NCBI RefSeq assembly: GCF_006345805.1
Contig: NC_043000.1
Coordinates: forward strand, 47,430,001-47,494,000
From: Octopus sinensis
Lineage: Eukaryota
Length of the DNA stretch: 64,000 nucleotides
Reading direction: 5' to 3'
Each line of letters begins with the position of its first letter. The stretch's first letter is position 1. The notes under the pieces were generated by a model. It ran no database searches and was not told where the DNA came from. It worked only from the letters and a program-made list of their open reading frames with translations. Both the position numbers and the translations under genes were made by a program. Shown one piece after another: positions 28,114 through 40,502 of this stretch.

Positions 28114-28139
28114 GAATATACGCATATATACATATATGT

Positions 28140-28395
28140 ACATACCTAGATATCTATGTATATATGCATGCATATATGGGTATAGGACATAAAAACGTAG
28201 ACAGAATGAGAAACGATACATGCAACATAAAGAACATTCCCTTCATCAGTTGTCCCCTGTTTTATCTACTCCGCGTCGAAGGTAAGGACAAGACGCGACT
28301 TCATTAAAACAGTCCTTCCCGCAAAGCAAATTAAATAAAATTTGGGATTTCTTGTGGAGGGTGAAAGTGGTAACAAAAACAGGACAGTGAGAAAA
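28140..28395 (-). mobile_element. Older pseudo-LTR copy of the same family
   Basis: Homologous to 12466-12790 (cttcccgcaaagcaaatt, tctactccgcgtcgaagg). Confidence 0.6.
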
Positions 28396-28780
28396 GGCGC
28401 AGGAGTGGCTGTGTGGTAATTGGCTTGCTTACCAACCACATGGTTCTGGATTTAGTCCCACTACATAGCACATCGGGCAAGTAACTTCTACTATAGTCTT
28501 GCGCCGACCAAAACCTTGTGAGTGGATTTAATACACAAAATCCAAAAGAAACCCACCATATATGTGTATGTGTGTGTGTCTTTCTGTCTGTGTTTGTTTC
28601 CCCAGCCATCGCTTGACAACCGATGCTGGTGTGTTTACCTCCCCGTAACTTAGCGGTTCGGCAAAAGAGACCGAAAGAATAAGTACAGGGGTACAAAGAA
28701 TAAATCCTGGGATCGTTTTGTTCGATTAAAGGCGGTGCTACATCATGGCCGTAGTCAAATTACTGAAACTAGTAAAAGAA
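28396..28780 (+). mobile_element. SINE family 1, full length
   Basis: tRNA-like head ggcgcaggagtggctgtgtggtaa..ggatttagtcc, internal (TG)n, tail ..actgaaactagtaaaagaa. Confidence 0.9.
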
Positions 28781-28900
28781 ATATATATATATATATATAT
28801 ATATATATTGATTGTAATGGTAAGACAACATATGAATGAAAGAGACTTCAATATTATGTAAATAGGGGAATTTATCTGTAATATAATATGTGACAATTAT

Positions 28901-28975
28901 TCGGTTGCTATAACAAGACTCCGAGTTTCGGATGTCGGGGCGGAAACCTGCTCCGGCATCTCTTCAGTTACCGAG
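28901..28975 (-). ncRNA. Candidate type I hammerhead ribozyme (PLE-associated)
   Basis: CTGAAGA, stem II GATGCCGGAG/CCCCGACATC, C-GAAA, stem III CTC-G-GAG, GTC cleavage triplet; flanked by a perfect 27-bp inverted repeat. Confidence 0.5.
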
Positions 28976-29042
28976 GTAGGCCTCGATAATTGTCACATAT
29001 TATATTACAGATGCACACACACACACACACACGCACACACAA

Positions 29043-29095
<53 letters not shown>

Positions 29096-29160
29096 TGAAT
29101 TTAAAGTGGCTGTAAGACAAAGTATGGAAACCAGGAAGCATGTTCTTCATTTCCTGTAAA

Positions 29161-29191
<31 letters not shown>

Positions 29192-29398
29192 ACATCAACA
29201 TACAGGAAGTTTCTCGAATAGAAAGTGTGCGAAAAAATAAAAATCAAGTGATTCACATATAAATACAAAGCGAACCAACAGTTATTTTCTTATATGAACG
29301 TACTTTTGACGTGGGCATGTAAGCATGAATGTGATTATGCCAACAAAATTTTAGCTAACCACAGCCATAGCAACAATAGATGCTAAAATAATAATAGC

Positions 29399-29482
<84 letters not shown>
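29399..29482 (+). repeat. (AAT)n microsatellite
   Basis: Seen directly. Confidence 0.95.
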
Positions 29483-29484
<2 letters not shown>

Positions 29485-29766
29485 TATTAATAATAACAAC
29501 AAAAACAACGACTCCATAAATAACGATGATAACTCTTGAATAAGCAGTACAAATATTATGATAGTCAGAAACTATATTATATTCAGTAGGTCAAGCTGTT
29601 TTGGAGTATCAACCAAGAGAAATCAAGAGTAAAAATGAAAATTGCATTTATAATAGCAAATGTATATAAATGTGTGTTGTGGGGGGGGGGCGTACCTGTA
29701 TGTACATATGGATGTTTGCATGAAAGTATATGAATAGGTTTTTATATTTATGTATGTCTTTATATA

Positions 29767-31113
29767 AGCATGTGTGTATCTGTGTATATGTGTATGTCTA
29801 TATAGATATAGAGATATTTATATATATGTATGTATGTATATATATTTGTGTGCATATATATATGTATATATTTGTATATATACACGTATACACACATATA
29901 TATATATATGTATATACATACAGATATACATACGTAAAGCACACATAAACACACAGTCGAAGCATGTGTGTGTCTGTGTATATGTGTATGTCTATATAGA
30001 TATAGAGATATTTATATATATGTATGTATGTATATATATTTGTGTGCATATATATATATGTATATATTTGTATATATACACGTATACACACATATATATA
30101 TATGTATATACATACAGATATACATACGTAAAGCACACATAAACACACAGTCGAAGCATGTGTGTGTCTGTGTATATGTGTATGTCTATATAGATATAGA
30201 GATATTTATATATATGTATGTATGTATATATATTTGTGTGCATATATATATGTATATATTTGTATATATACACGTATACACACACATATATATATATGTA
30301 TATACATACAGATATACATACGTAAAGCACACATAAACACACAGTCGAAGCATGTGTGTGTCTGTGTATATGTGTATGTCTATATAGATATAGAGATATT
30401 ATATATATGTATGTATGTATATATATTTGTGTGCATATATATATATATGTATATACATACAGATACATACGTAAAGCACACATAAACACACAGTCGAAGC
30501 ATGTGTGTGTCTGTGTATATGTATATGTCTATATAGATATAGAGATATTATATATATGTATATATTTGTATATATACACGTATACACATATATATATATG
30601 TATGTATATATATTTGTGTGCATATATATGTATATATTTGTATATACACGTATACACATATATATATATATATGTATATACATACAGATATACATACGTA
30701 AAGCACACATAAACACACAGTCGAAGCATGTGTGTGTCTGTGTATATGTGTATGTCTATATAGATATAGAGATTTTATATATATGTATGTATGTATATAT
30801 ATTTGTGTGCATATATATATATATGTATATATTTGTATATATACACGTATACACACACATATATATATATGTATATACATACAGATATACATACGTAAAG
30901 CACACATAAACACACAGTCGAAGCATGTGTGTGTCTGTGTATATGTGTATGTCTATATAGATATAGAGATATTTATATATATGTATGTATGTATATATAT
31001 TTGTGTGCATATATATATATGTATATATTTGTATATATACACGTATACACACACATATATATATGTATATACATACAGATATACATACGTAAAGCACACA
31101 TAAACACACAGTC
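29767..31113 (+). repeat. Tandem array of 7 microsatellite-rich units of about 194 bp
   Basis: Units start at about 29767, 29961, 30155, 30349, 30498, 30725 and 30922; conserved anchor cgtaaagcacacataaacacacagtcgaagcatg. Confidence 0.95.
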
Positions 31114-31654
31114 GGATCTCGTACACCTGAAAGTGATAATGCATTTACAGAAATATGTGTTGGATAAGGCTTTCAACACACCAGCTGAGGAAAGAGTGCA
31201 TACTGCTGCTAAGATTGTGCAATTAGCTGTTAATAATGCACTTGAAACTCAAGAAGCATATTCTATATTAGTAAATCATGATAAACTAATACAAAATGCA
31301 AATAAAAATATCTAAAAAGATATAGAGAGTCTAACGAGTAATGACTATAAAACAAATTACTAGAGGACAAAAAATAAATTAACCAAAAAAAAGCAACGAA
31401 GAGAATAAGATCATGTTTCAACTGTTGTTGATATGTAAAAGTAAAAAAAAAACATAAATTAGATGTCTTGAATAACATACACTTATTATTGAGACTCGAA
31501 AAGAACTTGTGAAATGTATTTCCTCTTCGAGTAGTGAAAATGTTAAAAATGAATCTATATTTTAACTTCCCTTCTTTTCTTGATTCTCTTTTCTTCACTT
31601 TTATATAAATGTGTGCTTGTGTTCATGAGCGTGTATTATATATACACATACGAA

Positions 31655-32450
31655 GGCGACGAGCAGGCAGAAGCGTTAACATGCCGAGCGAAATGCGTAG
31701 CCGTATTTCGTCTGCCGTTACGTTCTGTGTTCAAATTCCCCCGAGGTCGACTTTGCCCTTCATCCTTTCGGAGTCGATTAAATAAGTACCAGTTACGCAC
31801 TGGGGTCGATATAATCGACTTAATACGTTTGTCTGTCCTTGTTTGTCCTCTCTGTGTTTAGCTCCTTGTGAGTAGTAAAGAAATAGGTATTTCATCTGTC
31901 TTTATGTTCTGAGTTCAAACTCCGCCGAGGTCGACTTTGCCTTTCATCATTTCGGGGTCGATTAAATAAGTACCAGTTACGCACTGGGGTCGATATAATA
32001 GACTTAATCCGTGTGTTTGTCCTTGTTTATCCTTTCAGTGTTTAGCACCTTGTGGGTAGTAAAGAAATTGGTATTTCGTCTGCCGCTACATTCTGAGTTA
32101 CAATTCCGCTGAGGTCAACTTTACCTTTCATCCTTTCGGGGTCGATAAATTAAGTACCAGTTAAGCACTGGGGTCGATGTAATCGACTTAAACCCTTTGT
32201 CTGTCCTTGCTTGTCCCCTCTACATTCAGCCCCTTCGTGGCAATAAAGAAATAAGGAATCGTCAGCGTGCTGAACGAAATGCTCAGCAGTATTTCGCCCG
32301 TTGCTACGTTCTGAGTTCAAGTTCCGCCGAGGTCGACTTTACCTTTCATCCTTTCGGAGTTGATTAAATAAGTACCAGTCACGCATTGGAGTCGATGTAA
32401 TCGACTGGTCCCTTCCCTCAAAATGTCCGGCCTAGTGCCTATAGTAGAAA
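31655..32450 (+). mobile_element. SINE family 2 with four tandem body units
   Basis: Head ggcgacgagcaggcagaagcgttaac; body units start at 31703, 31887, 32071 and 32289 (gtatttc..gttcaa..gaggtcgacttt). Confidence 0.9.
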
Positions 32451-33472
32451 TGATTACACACACACGCACGCACACACGCACATACATACATATGAAGTAC
32501 ATTTCTGTCATTAAAGCGATCGACAGATAGATAGTATATATTTTTTAAATTGTGGTCGAGACATTGTCTTGCGTTATGCAACCATAATATACTAAAATAA
32601 TAGACTCTCCCGTCGAGGACGATGCATAAGTGTTCACATATATATATTTCGTTTGGGGATTTGGTCTGCAAGATTCTTTATGTGAGTTCGAGTGTCTGGG
32701 GAGAATCATTCTCTTTTGGTGTCTTATGATTTAACACGCTCACCGGTAAAATTTCCACTTATTTTCGTTGCGTCTTGCAACCTTTTCAATAATTTTGACT
32801 CTGTCCGTTACTCACACTGCGTTCCTTTTTGTTTGCTTGTGCGCATGTGTGTGGGTCAATGTGTGCGTGTGCCTATACATGCATGTATGTATGTTTGTAT
32901 GTATGTATGTATGTATGTATGTATGTATGTATGTATGTATGTATGTATGCACGTATTTATGTACGTATGCATGTGTGTATGCATGATTGTATGTGTGCAT
33001 ATGTGTCTATTTATGTGTGTACATTTCTCTGTATGTATGTATTCTGCATATTCGTGTTTTTGCATGTCCGTCTGTGTGTGTGGTTTGCAATTATGTACCA
33101 TATTTGTATGAATTGATGTGCATCTCCATATGTGTGGACGTGTGTCTCCATATGTGTCCTTGTGTGAAGTAAAGTGTGTGTATATATGGCCATGTGTTTC
33201 GGTCTTCATTTGCGTATGTGTGATAGTTTGTCCATATAACATATGTAAGTATCCGTCTGTATGTTGATCTGTTTACTTCCATATCTATATGCTTACATAC
33301 ATGTTCATATACATATATATATATATTCATACACCCACCCACACACACATACATACACCTATCTACATATATACATACACCCACACACACACACATACAT
33401 CTATCTACATAACAGCCCACTAACTATTCTACTCTACCTGTGTAAACTGTGGGTATGGGAGTATGATATCTA

Positions 33473-34035
33473 CTATGTATATTTCCTATTTAGTATTGGG
33501 GAAGTTTCATTTATGAGGGTGTACTCCCGTATTTGTCTGAATGTTGGGCCCTTTGGGTGCATAGATAAGATACGGATGTCAAGTTGACCCAGGTTACCTC
33601 CATATTGTTCCTTGGCATGTTGGTAGAGTATGGAGGACTGTCATTTAGTCGTTCCGCAATGCTCCTAGAGGTCTCTCCTATGTATGTCATATTCATGTCT
33701 TTACAAGCACCTTCTATGCATCTTATGGTGTAAACTACATTTCGAGTTCTACAGTTAATACAGGGCTAATCTTACATGCCATGCAATTATCTTTGGTGCA
33801 TATGGTATTCTCAAAAGGGTGCGTCCTACATAGTTGTGATCTGACGGAGTTCCCTGGCTTTTCAACAATCTTAATGTTGAGTATGGTCTCTTTCAGAGCT
33901 TTCCTAAACCTACGAGCTAGTTCTCCATGGGCTGTGGCCTCTACAAACATCACTCCTTGATATTTGTCGGTTTTAAACCTCGTGTTCACCCTGTTTGTTT
34001 TGTCACAAGTTCTTTGTATCCTATTCCAGTGGTTG
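33473..34035 (-). mobile_element. Penelope-like (Neptune-type) GIY-YIG endonuclease remnant
   Basis: GVMFVEAT..IKIVEKPG..C.KDNCMAC / NCRTRNVVYTIRC..YIGETSRSIAERL / LYQHAK..RQIREYTLINETSPILNRK, with two frameshifts. Confidence 0.88.
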
Positions 34036-34036
34036 T

Positions 34037-34078
<42 letters not shown>

Positions 34079-34218
34079 ACCTTGAACTCACAAGAGTAAA
34101 CAAGAGAGACAGAGAAAGGCAGAAACAAGGAAAATGCCACTTATATTTGAACACTATACAAATATTCTTTTAAAAAAACTTTTCTTTTCATTTTTCTAAA
34201 TTTAATTATTTAATAGTT

Positions 34219-34257
34219 ACAGTTGAAAAGGTCTCAAATAACCGAAACCGGTACTGA
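34219..34257 (+). ncRNA. Decayed minimal hammerhead motif in an inverted pseudo-LTR
   Basis: CAG-TTGAAAA-GGT ctcaaata ACC-GAAA-CCGG-TA-CTG; all three stems pair, core has two transitions relative to CTGAAGA. Confidence 0.4.
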
Positions 34258-34308
34258 AATTTTCTTTATGAAATTATTTTAGCATTTTCTATCTTGACTT
34301 GTTTTTTC

Positions 34309-34376
<68 letters not shown>

Positions 34377-34395
34377 GTATATATATACACAAGGT

Positions 34396-34550
34396 AAGCT
34401 TATTTCAGTTTCTGATTGCCAAATCCAATCAGAAGCCATTGGTCGGTCAGAGTCTACAATAGAAGACACTTGCCCTACGTGTCACGCAGTCGGTCCGAAC
34501 CTGGAATCATCTGGTAGAAAATCTAGCTTCTTACCACACAGCTATGCTTA
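34396..34550 (-). mobile_element. SINE family 1, 5' part
   Basis: tagaagacacttgccc..cttaccacacagc. Confidence 0.7.
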
Positions 34551-35420
34551 CCTTTATGATGATACATTTTTGGATACATGTTCTAGAAAATAAAATTTTA
34601 AAGTACTATTTTGTTATAACAGTAATTATGTGATGAAGTTCGTATAAGATATTTTAAGAACGTTTTGTATTTACTATGCATTATTTACAAAGCTGTATTA
34701 CGAATGTACTTCGTTGCATTTAATTATTAGATAATTCTCCAGCAATAAACTAAATCACAGGGAAATAATATAATGATAAATAAATTTAAGATTCCTTATC
34801 AGAGAACTTCACTTAGCTACATAGCAGTCAATATCTTGAGATAAATTTCTGATGTGGAATCCTTTCAATGCTTACTTAGCACTTTGTTCCTTCGGGTATA
34901 TAGAGAGTATTACAGCTTTCAGTAAACCAATATTCAATAGTGTTAGATAAAGACCCTAGATCGTTGAGCAATCTGCTAGAAATAGCAGTCCAATCTTTCC
35001 TTAACTCATATCCCACCCATATTAAAAGATAATATGTATCCTGGAAAAAGAGGGTGAGATGTCAGATGGACATCTTATCATAATGAAAGTGGATTTAATG
35101 CTAAAATAAGCAGAAACACTGCTGGATTATCACGCTTAAATATTCCCTTTGAAATATTTATAATATCGGAGAGAATCATTTTGTTTCCAATTACAAAGGT
35201 ACGATTTGTAGCCCAGATCTTCTCCCGTTTTTCAATGGTAACGATTGATCAGGTATATTTACCAGCTGTAGTGTATGTGTGTGCGTGTGTGTGTGTGTAT
35301 ATGTGTATGTGTGTGTGTGTGTGTTTGTGTGTGTATGTTTGTGTGTGTGTGTGTGTGTGACTGCGTGTGTATCGTTGGCGATTTTCTTTCTCCGTCTTCC
35401 CTTCTTTGGACTTTTTCTAT

Positions 35421-35455
35421 ATTTCTGACGAAGAGCTCCGCTCGAAATGTAAAAT
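35421..35455 (+). ncRNA. Minimal type I hammerhead motif with intact core
   Basis: ATTT-CTGACGA-A-GAGC tcc GCTC-GAAA-T-GTA-AAAT. Confidence 0.55.
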
Positions 35456-35491
35456 CGTCTTTCTTTTCTTTCCTTTCCTGAGCGTCTAATA

Positions 35492-35834
35492 AAGGGTAAA
35501 GACCCCCTTCGGTCATGAATGACCATGGGATTGCACCTAGAAAGTTACCCTCCTAGACACAAGTCTGGGCAAGGTTGTTTTATGGAAGACCAACAGTCGC
35601 CCATGCATACCGGCCTCCCCTCTCCACGCCACCAGTGTTATCCAAGGGAAAGACAAAGGTCGATACAGCTTGGCACCTGTGACGTCGCAACTCATTTCTA
35701 CAGCTGAGTGAACTGGAGCAACGTGAAATAAAGTGCTTTGCTCAAGAACACAACACGCAGCCCGGTCCGGGATTCGAGCTCACAACCTCACGATCGTAAG
35801 CTCGACGCTCTAACCTCTGAGCCATGCGTCTTCA
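35492..35834 (-). mobile_element. tRNA-headed SINE family 3 (head, central core, tail X)
   Basis: Head gcatggctcagaggttagagcg..gctcgaatccc; core gttcttgagcaaagcactttatttcacgttgctccagttcactcagctg. Confidence 0.85.
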
Positions 35835-35897
35835 TCTAATAACACTGTACTTATTCCACGTGCTCACGTTGTTTTTCTTGCTTGTTCATGTTTGGAT

Positions 35898-35983
<86 letters not shown>

Positions 35984-36820
35984 AGGAGCCCTTAATTGTA
36001 TTACTACATGAATAATACTACATGAATAATATTTTTCTTTATGATTAATATTTTGTCTTATGACTAATTCGTCTTTTGTGCTGGGCACCTGGCAGTAACT
36101 AATTATTACTACCCTTCTTGTTTATATTCGCATATTACTTGATGAATTTATTCGTAAAATTCTTCCCGCCATGCCCTATACTGCCGTGTAAGTTTTGCGT
36201 GTGCGCAGAGATTTGAAAAGTTAAGATCTGCTAGTAGTCGAGTTCAACACATGGTCTCACATCGCTGCAGACCTCGATTCAATTTAGGCCACTCGTTGAT
36301 GAAGCCAGCCTTAGCAAACATATTCTGTGTTTTGCTAGAAAGAGGCAGAAACTGATCAGTCCGAGGTGTAAAGTTATCGGTAAACGTTTTTGATTTTCAC
36401 TCTCGATAAATTCATCTCCCTTTTGTGGGGAGGCCTGTCGTATATATATATATATAAGGTTAGTAGAGTTAGAGGTTGGAATCACTGTCTAAGGGATAAA
36501 AATATCCATTAAACTACTCAACGTCCTGGTATAATTTAAATATATTAAGCCTTTCATCTTCTCAAGGCTCTTCTTCTTTCCTTTTCTTTTGTTTTTTGTA
36601 TGTATTTTTCTTCACTCTGATGAAGCTCCATGTTCCAGATCGGATATTTTACCAAATATGATGAATATCATTTTCAGAATTTTCAATGCCAATGCCATAG
36701 AATATTGGAAGCAGAAACAGCTGTTACATGGGATACAGTCTATTCGTATTGAATTAAAAAGTAATAAATGATGTTAGTCAATTGTTGTTTCTCCATTTTT
36801 TGATTACTTTAAATTTTATA

Positions 36821-36951
<131 letters not shown>

Positions 36952-38879
36952 CCCTTGGGGTACTATGATTGATGTTTTCCTGTGTTCTTTCCTTTCATAA
37001 ACAACAATGTGTTATCTGAGGAAAATTTTAATATTTGTGGAACGGATTTCCTCTATAGACTAATTAAGTCTCCAAATTGCTAGTATCAATGCTGATAGAC
37101 TAAATGCATTGTGGGATATTTTGTTTGCTTTTACTCTTAGTGTGGTACACTTTCATCCATACTAATTAGAGTTATTTCTAGCTGATCACATCACAATGTA
37201 GTGGATCACTTATTGTCTTGCAAAATTTGGGGTCATTAAATGGAATGGTAAATTAATTCTTCAATCAAGGGTTTCACCCAATATCCTATGTTTTCTTTTC
37301 ACGATGTAAACTAACATCACATATAATAATTCGTGCCGCATTCTTTTATCATTGCATTCTTGAATTTAATTAACTGTCGATTGCTAATTAGTCAAAGAGA
37401 GGGAGAGGGAATAAATGATCTGTAGAAGTGGCATCAAACACAGACATACAGACATTGCATTTTGGAAAGGTTTCAAAACGAATCAGAAGATATATATTTT
37501 TCTTTACATGTTTTTAATCTAGATTCTAATGAACATTATCCAGATATGAATTAAATTCAATCAGCAACAGCCCCCCTCCTCCTCTTCCTCGTCCTCCTCC
37601 TCATCATCATTCATTCATAGTTAAGATCATCCACATAGAAATGCTTGTTTATAGTTTATTCATAGCCTCTGTAATCATTGGTTGGTTTTCAATAGATTTT
37701 TTTTTACTGCAGTCAAAATTAAGAAAAAGTATTGAGAAGAGAATGAGTCTTTTTTGCAATATTCCACTTCATATAGCTATAGAGCTTCCGTTAATTAACT
37801 ATTTACCTTACTGCAATCTTGTCCATTTTCATATGACATGACTGATGAATTCTGTTAGGATAGTGATTGCCGAATTTAGATAATTAGTTTCTTTCATTCA
37901 GCAGTTTAGTTTATTACCAAATACCTTTTTGTAATCAAGCCACTACATTCTAAGTTTTGCCTTCCTTTTTTTCTGCTATGATAACGTTATTACTCTCTAT
38001 TTTGTTTTGCAGGTTATGGATGTATGGCTTTCTATGCTATAGTCAAGTAAGGTATCGGCCAGTGTTTGAAAGGGTCACAAGTATTGGAGGGGTAGGGGTG
38101 AGGGTAGGGGTGTAATGCTCAGCATAGTTCAACATGTTTCTTGCTAATGTATGCAACTGAACATGAAAAAAAAGGAATTTTGGAAGAAGTATCTATAAAA
38201 TTAGTTTTAAAAACATCAAATGGTTATAAGGGTTCAACCAGAATAAAATAGTAACCGAAGGGATTCATAGGTAAAAAAGAAAAAAGGGTTGGGAACCTCT
38301 GTTCTAAGCAATTGCTTTGATTGTTTAATGGTATTTGTTCTTCTTATCTTCAGAATTAAAATACTGCTCAGGTCAACCTTATCTTTCATCATTTCAGGAC
38401 TGTTAACATGAAGTATAAGTGAAGTACCAAAGTTAATGGTATTGAGAAAGTACCAAAGTTAATGGCATGAACAAGCAAGGAACTAAGTGGCTCATCTATA
38501 TTTTACAAATAAGAGAGGAGGAAGAATTGCTGAAGTCATGCATGGGACTATATTTTATTTAATTATCAGGAGAGGGTTTATAGGAATGTGTACCTGATAT
38601 TCAAAGAGTAAGAAAATTATTTAATGAATGGGGGAAGGCCATACCCATTGATCTTTGCAGGCTTTCACGTTCAGGAAGAGAACCCATAACGAAAAGTTTC
38701 TAAGATGCTAATGTTAAACCTTGTGACAAATCTAATCTACAATCCAAAATACTATACCCTAATTCCCTAAACTATCATTTTTTGTGAGTTTCATAACAAT
38801 TAATCATATATAAAATGTTAGAGATCGAATGTCCTAGAAAACTCATTTTTGTTTAATTCGTTAGCATTCAGATTACTCT

Positions 38880-39035
38880 GTCATCATCATCATTTAACGT
38901 CTGCTTTCTATGCTGGCATGGGTTGGACGGTTGGACTGAGGACTGGCAAGCCAGATGGCTGCAACAGGCTCCAATCTGATCTAGCAGAGTTTCTACAGCT
39001 TGATGCCCTTCCTAATGCCAACCCCTCCAAGGGTG
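38880..39035 (-). mobile_element. RTE-type 3' tail with (GAT)n end
   Basis: Reverse complement of the 45900-46035 tail (gatgcccttcctaatgccaac; tttaacgtc). Confidence 0.75.
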
Positions 39036-39224
39036 TAGTGGGTGATTTTAATCATGCCTTATCCTGCAGCTTTGAAATTTTGAAGAGATAATTGACTACC
39101 TTCAACCTGACGTAGTAGTGTAGGTGTGAGAAGCCAAACCCAGATGGTTTAAACATAAAACAGGCTAAATATTTTGGCTGGATATGGCAGGTTTAAATGC
39201 TAAAGAGTTATTAACTTCTTGTAC

Positions 39225-39408
39225 CTTTTGGAACTCCTTATTTCTTTCGGCAATATTGAATTAACATTTTCTGGTAAAACTGTGTTATATAAGGGTCCTT
39301 TATAAGTTATGTTTAACCAAGCATCTGCACAGATTTGAGCAAGTCTGGAAAAACTTTGCCGGGAAGAATGACTGTTGACCTTATGTTCAAATTTCTCTCT
39401 CCATTTAA
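39225..39408 (-). CDS. Candidate exon: (x)KWREKFEHKVNSHSSRQSFSRLAQICADAWLNITYKGPLYNTVLPENVNSILPKEIRSSK
   Basis: About 70 stop-free codons in non-repeat sequence; moderate acceptor aaacattAG and donor AG|GTACAA; phase-1 start fits the upstream candidates. Confidence 0.35.
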
Positions 39409-39694
39409 CTAATGTTTATCCATGAGAAAGGCTGCCAGCTTAGTTTCGCACCAGTGTTGTTGCAGAGAGGTCGCTGTCAGGAAGCAAAAATACTGCAAAA
39501 TACCTTGTCCAACCTGCTAGCAATTCCACCACCCTGGGTTGGCATTCTTTTATCAACATAGAAAGCATGAAATGCAAAGTGGAATCCAGTGGGATTTGAA
39601 CTCAAGATGTGAAAAACTGAAATAAATACCACAAGGAACTTTCCTGAAGTTTTACTGATTTTTCAAATCCACCACCTTTTAAGCTGACTGATAA

Positions 39695-40143
39695 TTCTTT
39701 CTACAATAGGCACAAAGCCTGAAATTTTGGAGGAGGGATCAAGTCAGTTATAGCGACGACCCCAGTACTCAACTGGCACTTATTTTATCAATCCTGAAAG
39801 GATGAGAGGTATATTCGACCTCCACAGAATTTCAGCTCAGAGCACAAAGCCAGAAGAAATGCCCCTAAGTGCTTTGTCTAGCATTTTAACGATTCTTCCA
39901 ACTCACTGCTTTTGTGCTAAAATTCATATTGGTTTCAAATTTTGACACAAGGCCAGCACGTTCAAGGGAGTGGGCAAGCCATTTAGATTGATACCAGTGC
40001 TTAACTTGTACATATTTTATTGACCCCAAAAGGACGAAAGGCAAAGTCTACCTTGGCGGAATCTGAAATCAGAGCCTAAGGACAGACGAAATGCAGATAA
40101 ACATTTTGCTAAGTGTGTTAACAATTCTGCCAGCTCGTTGCCA
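39695..40143 (-). mobile_element. Two tandem SINE family 2 copies
   Basis: 39695-39910 and 39925-40143, both reverse complements of the 31655 family. Confidence 0.8.
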
Positions 40144-40457
40144 TTGTGCTAAAATTAATAACATACAATTGAATGAGTCTTAACAATGGAAGATCTTAGA
40201 TAATAGACTTATATTTCTGATGGTTCCAGTTTGTCTGTGTCCGTGGTAACAATATCTATCACTTGGTGCTGATGACCAACTAATAATAAATTAAGAAGTA
40301 TTGAAAGAAATATGTGGACTTAAGTGAGTGAATGGAAGTTTAATCATTTTGAAGAAATGCAGCTTTTCTTCTATGATATAAACATGACTGTGTGTGCACT
40401 GTAGTATGGTAGTAAACTTCTGGTAATATACATCAGCGACACAGGTTTGATTTTCAC

Positions 40458-40502
40458 TTGAGTAATTCAGCCTCATTTCTTCTTCACATCCAACGTTTCC
40501 AT
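40458..40502 (-). CDS. Candidate exon start: (Y)GNVGCEEEMRLNYS; the 3' boundary is uncertain and the frame stays open to 40291
   Basis: Acceptor tttaAG next to an 80-nt (CT)-rich tract; phase-1 start; donor weak (GTGAAA). Confidence 0.3.
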
